Source: Trypethelium eluteriae
Lineage: Eukaryota
Reading direction: 5' to 3'
NCBI GenBank assembly: GCA_051942245.1
Contig: JAVECL010000007.1
Span: forward strand, 62,001 to 126,000
Length of the DNA stretch: 64,000 nt
The notes under the pieces were generated by a model. That model was not told the DNA's origin, did no database searches, and saw only the letters and a program-made list of their open reading frames with translations. The position numbers were made by a program, and so were the translations under genes. Position 1 is the first letter of the stretch. The number at the start of each line of letters is the position of its first letter. This document shows, one piece after another, positions 1-9,965 of the stretch.

Positions 1-383
1 GTAACTCTTTGCTTTTGATTGAAGGTGCTTGAACTGTAACCTCAAACTACATCAAGGCTGAAAACATTGGGACTACCTTATGATGTTCAGATCTTTTACA
101 GGCGAGCTCCCATGTAAAATTGCTGATGCACGATCTCGTACGGTAAAGCGTAGGAGCGCGCGGAGCGGAGCAAAGCAACACGGCACGGCTTCAAGCGTCA
201 CTCAGTTAGGTTTTGCCGCTCACCGCCCTATCGTACTGCGCAGTCATGCAGAAACCAACGCGGTGAATTTTGGAAGCTTCAAGCGCCTACAAATATCTCC
301 ATGATCCTCCCTTGATCTCGCATGCAAGATGACCCGACGTTCCGATACCTCTTCCCAGCTTGACCAAGTTAGAAGCATCAATC

Positions 384-1070
384 ATGTCTGACAGAGAGTT
401 CGGAGGTACGTGTGCCTGCTGTTGTCCCTTGACGCGCATAACCAACGGAATCTTCATATTCGCAAAGGCACATTCTGGACTATTTGTTTTGCATACTCTC
501 TGCTTTCCGAAGATAACGTTGCCAAGAATATAGCTCAACCTCTTTGACCGTGCTGCCAACCTTTCATCAGTTAACTCTGCGTTCTGTTATGCAGGCACGG
601 ACGATCTTTCCCTCCCCAAAGCTACCGTCTCTAAAATCATTACCGAGATCCTCGCCACCGATACTCATGGCGGCATCGCCTTCGCCCGAGATACACGTGA
701 TCTGCTCATCGAATGCTGTGTCGAGTTCATCACCATGATCAGTAGCGAAGCCAACGAAATCGCCGAGAAGGAAGCCAAGAAGACCATCGCATGTGAGCAT
801 GTGCAGCAGGCGCTTGAACAACTTGGGTTTGGCGATTATGTGAAGGACATCCTGGAAGTGGCAAGCGACCATAAGAAGATGCAGGTGGTGAGTCACTTTC
901 CTATGCGGAACAGCATCGGAACCAAGATTAATGGATATCTGCAGCACCGAGAGAAGAAGCAGAGTAAGATGGAACAAAGTGGGCTCTCGGAAGCGGAGTT
1001 ACTGCGGCAGCAGGAAGAACTGTTCAGGAGCGCGACTGATAAGTTCAATCAAGGTCCACAAGAGGACTAA
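384..1070 (+). CDS. NCB2: Negative cofactor 2 beta subunit (NC2-beta/Dr1, histone fold). Exons 384-405, 595-887, 945-1070
   Basis: Spliced translation MSDREFGGTDDLSLPKATVSKII...RDLLIECCVEFITMISSEANEIAEKEAKKTIACEHV matches the NC2-beta signature. GT-AG introns at 406-594 and 888-944. Confidence 0.95.
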
Positions 1071-1319
1071 TCAAATAATCAAGATGGGTTACGGGTTAGC
1101 ATGGAACATCTCTGCGTTTGGCTGGCGTTAATTGCGGTGGCCATAGTGTCTTTACACGTGCAATAACATTCTCATAACTTTGATGCAAAGCCATACTCCA
1201 CGGACAACGCTATCACCTCCTTTCTCGTTTACATGTGCTTGTAGAGAGACAAGGCTTCAACATCAATAGTGTAAGCAATATTTTCTTTTCGACTTTCTCA
1301 AATACCTGCTACACTCATT

Positions 1320-3457
1320 CTAGATGTCTTCATCACCTTTGGCGATAGGATTCAATGCTAATCCGCCTCTCCCTGCCTTCAAATCGATTGTTGCCTCTCT
1401 CCTGGCCTTCGATAACGACCGCCATAGTCTCGAGCCGCTGGGTGACCTTTCGACTACTTTGGGAATTGCCGGAACCGGTGAGCTGATCGGTCGAGATTGT
1501 GTCCCGGTACCTACTGGGACCGATGTGAGTGAATTGTGTTGAACCATCTCTTGTAATGCCAGCATCCCAATATCAGATTCCTCGCGACTGGATCGTGACT
1601 CGAGAAATCTACTTCTTCTTTCTGGGGTGGAGTGTGCGGGTCTTCCAGCCGCTTCAGCCGCTTCTGGGACCTCTAATTCTTCCGGAATTTGTTCATTTTG
1701 TGCAAAGCTTTCTACTCTAGGTGTGTCTTTCGGCAAAGGCGGAGGTGGTGTGGACATATCAAATGGATTGGTTTCTTCAACGGCAGGAGTCGGTAATAGC
1801 GGCTTTGCTACGCTGTGCGGATGAAGTTGCAACACACGATCACCATCGAGGAACCCCTTTTCCAAGTCGTTTCTGGGTACGGGAAAGGACGTGTCCGGTC
1901 TAGGACCGGCACAGCTCAGTCTCCCACTACCGACAGCAAGAGAGTCGTCTTCATTGTCTTCACTCTGACGCTGGCGATCCCCGTATCGAAGCAGATCAAG
2001 CCAGCCAGTAACTAAGGATGGTCGGCCAAGAAGGACGAATATTTCAACTCCAATAAGCTGACCCAAAACAATAGTGTCAGTACAGGCCTTAAAGAATATG
2101 CTATCGATGTGAGTCTTACCGAGACGAGGATGACCGAGGCCAATACGGTCGAAGGTCCCAGAGTCAAAACCTTGGCCTGATCAAGACATGCATTCTTATC
2201 TCCATTCGACTCAATCAGGCAAAAGCCCCACATTTCCAAGTCCAGAACCCTTGACGGAGTCATAGGACTTGAAGCGAAAAGATCCTCTTTGAGGAAGACG
2301 GTCGTGAAATATCCCACTTCGATAATGACAAGAATGCTGATTGCAAGACCACGCCATTGAGATAACAATACCTTTCGAACTTTGCTCCATGTCACCTCTG
2401 CGCTAATTGGGTTGAAAACTTTGCTGCTGATTGTCCTTTCTGCAGAGGTATTTGTCGTCCTGTGATCTGCAAGCACATTGCGAAGGTAGACCCAGATACA
2501 ATATACACTTGTTGCGAGCTGCATAGCTACAGCGAGTCCAGCGAACACGATCAGCCAAGCCCAAAAGTCCACGATGGTGTGTGGATGGTTTGGCAGGCAT
2601 GTCGATCCGATGCGGTTGCTCACCCCCGTCGCCAAAAGAGCAGCCGTAAGTAGTACTGTGTTGATCCCCCAGCCAAATATGTGCGAGAACCAGAAGAACA
2701 ATTTGCCAGGTATCATATCCCAACAGACGCGAAGGTGCATCCATAGGATGCGAAGAAAGACTAGGGAAGAGCTCATCAGCACGACTTGCAGATCCTTGGA
2801 TCATAACACCAACTCCATATTGCTGCACCCATCCCACCTGCCTGCACCAGTGCTCCTGTCCAAGCACATTGCAATTCGGAATGCATATCATTCGGCGTGA
2901 TATCGTTGTAACAAATATTTGGAGGCGAACAAAGTGGTATGATGAACGAAAGCTGGAGCCCTTAAGTCAGCTATATCCATCCAGTGCTCGAGCTGCGACA
3001 AACCTGAACCATCATTATGGCAGTGATCAACCCAACGCTCAAATAATGTCGGTGACTTTTGCTTGCTGGTAGCAGAGCGAACGATAGCAGTAAAAATGAG
3101 CAAAAGATGAAGCCCACAACATGGATCCAGCTTGCTATTGGCAGCTTCTTGTGCAGGAATTCTATATTCAATTCAGCCTTCCGTTATCGCCACACATGGA
3201 AACGAAACGGAATACCATCGGAATAAACCCAGTGCTGGACGGGACATGGGAGGCAACACTCGATAGAGCTATTGAGCAGTGATGGTCCACAGAATCGGCC
3301 CGGTATATCTTCAAAGGTTTTAGTTACCGACAGCACTGAGAAAAGAATACAACGTACAGCCTCCAGTAGGAGGATAATCGGTCTGTGCTAGGAACGGAGG
3401 AGGGCAGCCATCGATTACGCTCACAAATGGACCGTTCGAGCCGGATGGGTCTGACAT
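1320..3457 (-). CDS. Fungal 7TM receptor of the GprM/GprN-like class, 6 exons
   Basis: Start MSDPSGSNGPFVSVIDGCPPPFL, then GRFCGP..CCLPCPVQHWVYSD and CYNDITPNDMHS..CAWTG motifs, hydrophobic helices in ORF 2012-2782 and a long cytoplasmic tail. All junctions GT-AG and in frame. Confidence 0.8.
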
Positions 3458-3878
3458 ATTGAATGAATGAAGGTAGTGAATGAGTAATATTCACGATGTC
3501 GGTCTTGCGACGGTAAGCCCTAAAAATGATGCCAATTGGGTGCGAACACCTAGACCAGAAAGTTACGAGCAATTCGAGACCCATGCTGATTGATCGGCGC
3601 CTCTTTCAAGGGTGCAGTCTGTATTTTTGAAAGCTTTCTTTATCTTCGTGTAAGCAGACGAAGTGATATGTCCATATGCCGCAAGCGGATAGACGCGTCT
3701 GACCCGGGAGGAATGTTGGAACCAACCGGCTGGCACTGCTCATTGCGAGCCGCTTTCTAAGGAGCCTTGATCCACAAGACACTGAAGGGTTCGAACAATT
3801 ATGTTTACTTCACCATTACTGCGCATTGCATTGCAGCGCCGAGTTTCAATTGAGAGAGCTCGTAGTACGCTTGAGCGT

Positions 3879-6072
3879 TTAGCCCAGAAAAAATTCATTC
3901 GAACCAGCATGCATATCCTGATCATTGAGGGACGCCAAAGCATCCGTAAAATCAAGCGGAAAATTCAAGTCGGGATAGCTTCCTAGCACTGCATCGATAT
4001 TATCAAAGGCACCATCGTAGCTTGTGTTGCTAGCGGATGGAGTCAGTCGTGATGCATCTTGAGCTACATGTTCGCCCCCTGCGCTGCTGATCGGCTGTTG
4101 TCCGGAAAGCTCCGTGGGTGAGTACACGTGGAATGGGTCTTTTGGATCTTGTTCCAAAGAGTTCTTCTCACTGCCGCTACGAGGTAGGTTATTCCGAGAC
4201 GGTGGGCTGTCATATGAAGCTTGCGATCGATGCTTAGATCGCTCAGCCGCTCTGCCTTGACCGTTGGCTCGAGGTCTATCGTCGAGAGCTCGGGACACTT
4301 TGTTTGCTCTGCTTATGACCGCTCTGCCCATCTCTGCCACGACGCCAGCCGAGTGCCATACTGTCTTGAGTCCTTCTAGAATATTGCAACATTTCTCCAG
4401 ATCCTCTTTCGCACGAGCTTGATGCATACTTAGTTTGCTCTGGCGGTATTGGCGATACGCAAAACTCATGGATAGGGCCACTGACCAGTCTGGAACGGGA
4501 AGCGGTGGCAGATTTCGAGCCGATGGACTTTCCATAATTGAAATAACCCGGACAGCAGAAAGGCTTGCTCGTACGTAGGATGGTGTCGAACGTGCCGGTC
4601 TCTCCATGGATCTGGATCTACACGATAGCATGGCGACGCAATGATATAGCAGCTCTAGAAGCGCTGCCATGAAATCAGCATCAGGTAAGATAGAACTCGT
4701 GCGGATACAGACTCACTTATGACCTCATTCTGAAGTTTATCACCACCAGTTCCAACGATGTCCTCAAAGGCAGGAAAATCCTCTTCCCAACCAGTGGATG
4801 CAGGGTCGGCAGAAGGTCGATAGAAAGATATGATGTTCTCCAAGTATGTGCACAGTCGAAGCCACATTCCAAAAGCAGTATGACGGTATTTCTTCATATC
4901 CATCATGTTAGTGAGACCGATGTCTGCCTCCTTGAGTTGCGTGGGCCTGGCATTGATGGATCCATTTGTCAGCTTGTCCAAACCCCACAGGCACCAGAAT
5001 AGCTTTTCCAACCGCTCATCACGAAGCTCTTTCCTAGCTCGACCTAGGTGGAGCCCAATGGAGTGCGCATACTGGATGGCTTTGGCAAGGTGAACCGAAT
5101 TGTCGTCATGCTCAGCAGAAACCTCACGGTTGATGGATAGTAAAGCATTAACTTGGATGAGTACCAATTTATCTGTCTCTAGATGTGCATTCAGTGACGC
5201 AACAATGCTCGAATATAATCGGTCTGCAAACTGCTTGGGTTCTAGTAATATGGCTGCCTCGTCCTGGAGGCGGAGATGGGGTCGTGCAGTATTATGCCGA
5301 GAAGCTACCAAGCACACGGCTTGTAGGAGCGTTTTCGAAACGGTCCCATCCTTATAGGCTGCCTTGAAACCGTCTTTGTGAATGATAGGGAGGAGCGGTT
5401 GGACACTGGAGAAATAAATGTCCATAAGTGCCTCTGTATCTGCGTCTGAAGGCAGGACCGAGACCCCCAAAGCCTGGAGGTAGCTTTCGAGAGCAATTTG
5501 AATGCGCAACTTCCGTTGTTGATCTATACCTCCAGACACAATGATATTTGGGATTCCCTGCGTCTCGGTCTGTTTGACAGTCTCTGGCTCTTTCTCCTTG
5601 GCCGAAATGAAATATCCAATCTGGCTTTGACTTGGACCGCCAATTCCCCGCTCCTGCATACGACCTCGCAGCACAGACTCCGGAGTCATGTCGCCAATGA
5701 ATCTCGAAGGATTCTCTGTTGATTTGTCTCCATCAGAGTGTGGCTCCAGCATTCCCTCAATAGTGACCTTTTCATAACCATTTTCTTCATTTTGAGCGGC
5801 TTGGGGTTCTAAAACATTCGCGAGTCCTCCATTGTTGACTTCGACTTTATCTCTAGCTTTGCTGCCTACGGGTGAGGCTGTTGAGGTATTTGTCTCTTCT
5901 TCGGTAAAGGTATGATCGCATCGCTTCTGACAAAAAATTTCAGCACAACTACTCAATACGACGTGAGAATAAAGCTCACTCTGCGCTTCTTGCACGATTC
6001 GCAAGCTCTGTAGACTCGTTTCCGCTTCCGAAAAAGCTCATTGTCCGCAGCAAATGTGATCATGGTCGACAT
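3879..6072 (-). CDS. Fungal-specific transcription factor (Fungal_trans/middle homology domain) with a truncated Zn2Cys6 N-terminus. Exons 6072-5980, 5926-4717, 4663-3879
   Basis: MSTMITFAADNELFRKRKRVYRACESCKKRR|KRCDH, followed by YFSSVQPLLPIIH, AHSIGLH and KLFWCLWGLDK motifs typical of the fungal TF domain. Confidence 0.88.
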
Positions 6073-6483
6073 GGCGAGGTCATGCTCCAGGAGGACGAAG
6101 ATTGTGCCAGATGAAGAAAAATCGACAATTGACCGCTCTCATTGATTCTCCGAAATCGCGACTGATGGTTCGGCGTTCTACAAAAGCTCCAATTGTTATA
6201 GGCTTCGAGTTTTCAATATGAACCTGTCGAGCCTGTGCCCAACAATGAAGAGAAACGGGATACCTCCTCGACGGTACTTTACCTGGAGGTACCCCACGCG
6301 AAATCGGCTACCTTTCCCCTCTTCTTCCCAATTGTTCGAGCCAACTCTTATTATACCGCAAGCGCATGCCTACTCAGGCTCGCCATGTAGTACTTTCAGC
6401 TCTCCAGACTCCTCAGAAGTCCACGATTGTTGTGGCTTTGATCGTCGTGAGGGCAAATCTCACCGTGTTTTGAGGAAGGTTTC

Positions 6484-6585
6484 GCTATATTCATACAGAA
6501 AGTGACCTCTCCGTACACCCAGCTAGGTTAGTGGCCTTTAGCGCATTGACTCAGCAAGATTTCGCCCGGCCCAACCTCTACTCAA
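6484..6585 (+). repeat. Left arm of a degenerate inverted repeat (partner at 9258-9358)
   Basis: Hand alignment to the reverse complement of 9258-9358: 68 of 102 columns identical, 1 gap, 21 of 33 mismatches are transitions. Exact blocks CTAGGTTAGT and TTGACTCAGCAA. Confidence 0.8.
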
Positions 6586-6781
6586 CTCTGCTCTGTCCTG
6601 CCCCCTACTGCTCATGCTCAGCTCAGTTGTGCTCAATCTTAATCAGCCGTGCTCCCGACCTGCTTAGACTGCCTCCGTGTCCCGATTCTGGGATCCCTTC
6701 GCCTTTAAGCCGAAATGTTGTCAAGTCTATATTACTATATTAGGGGTCCTGAAACTGGAAGCCCCAACACTGGTTGAAGCC

Positions 6782-7537
6782 ATGAATTATATCGCAAGCT
6801 CCTTGGCCTGCCATCCAAGCCTCTCTGGAGGTTTGGCGTTCCCATAGGAGGTGTCCCGGTCACGTGCACCAGAGCGCCCGCGACCTGTCCTTGCTATCTC
6901 AAGCGGTGCCCGTGCAGCCTTCAATGGTGTCGTCACGAAACTGTGAGGTCCAGCGAGCTATGCTATCAAGTAAATAGTGACGAATGTAGCATCACTACTA
7001 TTCTGACATTCCATGAGCTATCTCCGTAGGCTCAAGCTTACTTGAGGTCTATCGCCAGAGAACAAGCTTGTGGAAAATGTTATTCGTGGCGCGCGTTATC
7101 TTAACGCCTGAGCGAGCATACCTCATGACAATCCCTTTAACACTTCCTTCAATTTTCTAAACTTGTTGCTATCCTCTCACTGAAATATCAAGGTGATTGA
7201 TGCTGAGTGCCGTGACAAGATCAAAGACGTCTCTCACTTCTCGGACGACGAACCAGTGTTGACTGCAGATGACTGGGAGAAACTGGCAGCAGATGTCGGT
7301 GCTACAGTCAGTGACGCTGAAATTGGCTGGGACGATGCCATCAGCGATGATGGAGACTGGGACAGTGACAAGCAAGACGAGGGATGCGATAAGGGGGACA
7401 TAGAGTGGAATGACGAGCAGGCTGAATGTCTGTATTCCCGCGCAACCTTGCAGACTTGTTTTCAGGGCAAGCGAACTACTTGGACTCCTGTGCGAGGAAC
7501 TCCATGTGATATCTATCTCCTTAGTCATGTCAGTTAG
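6782..7537 (+). pseudogene. Possible decayed reading frame, origin unknown (transposase relic or captured gene)
   Basis: ATG 6782 is in frame with the open acidic ORF 7193-7537. The 5' part carries 7 stops (5 TGA, 1 TAG, 1 TAA), roughly the random expectation, so support is weak. Confidence 0.35.
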
Positions 7538-7706
7538 GTATTCGATTAAATCAAGCGGTAGATATGGAATAGAAAGCACTGTGAGTGCAATAGAGAATAT
7601 CGTCTACTCGTGAGGACTGCCTACCGTAACTTAGTTTCAACCTCAGCCACTAAAGTATCCTGTCTACAGTGTCCCTCCACAAGGCTCTGTAAATCTGCTA
7701 GTCCAA

Positions 7707-9124
7707 CTAGCCTACACTCTCTTCAACTTTATTCCCAGGATGGCGAGTGCCCTTGTCTTTGACCTTTTTCTGCTTCTTCTCCGGGGGCGGATATGCCTTC
7801 AAAGTGAGCTCCTGCCATTCATTCGACGCTTGATACGCCGCCTGAATGGGCGCCATGAGGCTAACGAGGGCGGCTGACACTGCAGGCTTGAGCAGTTGTG
7901 GCGTTAACTAAGGTGCAATTAGCTTCCAGTAGATCCTTGTAGCGGTGTTGAATTAATACGTACGATATCGTTCTTGTAATCATCATGCATCTGCTTGATA
8001 TCGGTGTATAGAAGTGGATCCAACCCGTCTCTGCGTTCGACACGGAATTCTTTGCAGCCCTTGAGAGCGGCGGCCGGTAGTAGAATGGACTCGACTAATG
8101 CCAAGATCCCGTTCTCGTCGGTAACTCGAGGAACCGCCACAGCTTTGCCAATCTTCTTAGAGATGACTTCGGGAGGGTCGAGGAGGTCGATCTTGCTATC
8201 TGATGATTTCAAGTGAGCAGCCGTATCTTGGCAACGAACGGATCCGAATCATGGCACAAAACAGATAAGGGATAATATTACCGGCGTCACTGGAACTCAT
8301 TTTTCCTCCTTTCAAGCCGGCAACCATGGGACTAACGAGATGCGCACGCTAAAGATCCCATAAGTATGTGATGGTTTCCTGAGTTGCTGCAATCTCACCT
8401 GCCGGTATCCAAGTTTAGGTAACCATTCCTTTGCGGCCACGAATAGCTTCCTCTGGTCGACACCTACCTCGGATTAGCAGGATACAATCAAACTTAATGT
8501 TGAGAATACCTCCTAGCTGAGCGTCGACATGAAGATGTTCTTCATCGAGCACTTGAAGGATAGGGTAAAGAAGGCCGCTCAAGGGCGAATTTCCCGATTG
8601 TTTGACAATTTCTGCCCCAGCCCTTTTTGCGTCATGTTCTGATACCAAAGATGACAACCGATACACATCCATCACATATTCGGGACTCTTCTGATATGAA
8701 GTTCCGAGAACGAACTGGAGCTTTTCCGTGGGAACGCCCACAGACTCTAATATTGCCGTTATAATCAGTCGATACCAGACGGCCCGACTCTCAACAAGCT
8801 CAATTGGCGCTTTGAGATTGTCGAGGAAGCCGTGAATGTCGGCCAGTAAGCAGACAACGTCACAACCCGCCGCCAAAAGCTGTGCGATTTTCAAGGCTGG
8901 GACGTAGTAGCCAGTATGAGGTCGACCGGTCGTCGCGGTACCTGCGTGGTAAATAGGAGAAGACGTCAGCGTGTCCGAAGCAGATCGAAACAGAAGGAGG
9001 TGTTACCCCAGTACACTCTTGGGTTCCGTCCTTCGGCCAATATACTCTCAATCAACTCGGGGTCCAAAATTTCGGCAAGATTTTCGCGAATCATTGAAAA
9101 CCGCTCTTTCGCGTCGAGATCCAT
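7707..9124 (-). CDS. TYS1: Tyrosyl-tRNA synthetase, eukaryotic cytosolic type, 372 aa. Exons 9124-9007, 8941-8510, 8463-8399, 8348-8282, 8199-7964, 7907-7707
   Basis: [14 protein letters not shown] (HIGH-equivalent), [33 protein letters not shown] and KMSSS motifs. Five GT-AG introns give an uninterrupted 1119-nt CDS. Confidence 0.96.
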
Positions 9125-9206
9125 GGTGAGAAGATAGCATTTGAGAGAAGAAGCCAGAGGTAGAATGCTCAACCCGAGGAGTGAAAGATTAATTGATTTT
9201 TGGCGT

Positions 9207-9296
9207 TGACTCACATATCATGGAAACGGTGCAGAGTGAGCCGAGATTGAGCCGAGATTGAGCCGAGATTGAGTCGGACGTGAATTTGCTGAGTCA
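9207..9296. promoter_or_regulatory. Two Gcn4/CpcA (cross-pathway control) type sites upstream of TyrRS
   Basis: TGACTCA at 9207-9213 and TGAGTCA at 9290-9296, within ~170 bp of the TyrRS ATG. aaRS genes are established Gcn4/Cpc targets in fungi. Confidence 0.6.
9237..9269 (+). repeat. 11-bp tandem repeat (TGAGCCGAGAT)x3, followed by a degenerate fourth copy
   Basis: Perfect copies at 9237, 9248 and 9259, then TGAGTCGGAC at 9270. Confidence 0.95.
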
Positions 9297-9358
9297 AGGG
9301 GCCAATTCGACTAACCTAGTTCGGCGTATAGAAAGATTGCTTTTTATGCTTTCATAGC
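9258..9358 (-). repeat. Right arm of the degenerate inverted repeat (partner at 6484-6585)
   Basis: Reverse complement GCTATGAAAGCATAAAAAGCAATCTTTCTATACGCCGAACTAGGTTAGTCG...TTGACTCAGCAA...CTCAA aligns to 6484-6585. Confidence 0.8.
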
Positions 9359-9459
9359 ACTGCCAGCCATAGATCTCCGGTACCGGAATAGAAGCACTAA
9401 ACACTCGACGTATTGTCTAAAGGTTCTAAGCTTCCGTTACGGCGATCTCCACACTAAAT

Positions 9460-9729
9460 TTGACTAATAATCTGAGCTTTAGAAAGATGACGGGCGAATA
9501 GTATAGTTAGGGGGCTTTTAATATTAATCTTATTTAAACTTCTATAGGTGAAGAGAGAGTTCGATACGAACTACGGTCACTTGCTCAGTGTCGGGAGCCC
9601 CAAAATCAGGCGCCGCTAGTTCAGGCTGCACCCATCCTGGCTCACTGCGACTCAGGGCGTGCTCAAGCTTGCTCAGTTTGGCTCGCTGACGGCTCGGGCT
9701 GCTGGCTAAGCGCTCACGTTACACACCTG
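9460..9729 (-). mobile_element. Probable terminal fragment of a hAT-like DNA transposon, interior facing left
   Basis: Minus strand reads CAGGTGTGTAACGTGAGCG from 9729, followed by many TGAGC/CGAGC subterminal-type motifs (9580-9720) and an AT/TpA-rich patch at ~9500-9545 suggestive of RIP. Confidence 0.5.
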
Positions 9730-9965
9730 AGGGAGGTATCTTAACTCACGCCCGAACGCAGAAATGGACTTTGTATGAAGTCACTTTGTCCTTGAATACA
9801 TTCCGCCATTTCAGGCCAGAAGTCATGGATGAACGAAAATGAAATGCGAAAACACTGTTTATGGTTGGGCACACTTTGCTCATACGACACTACGCTGTTT
9901 CTCATTATTGAAGTATGCAACAAGAAGCCAACCCAAACCTTAATCCCATCAACGCCATAACGCCT

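Noticed and set aside
9237..9280. Short repeat array as a CRISPR-like locus
   Set aside because: Direct tandem 11-mers with no spacers, in a eukaryotic genome.
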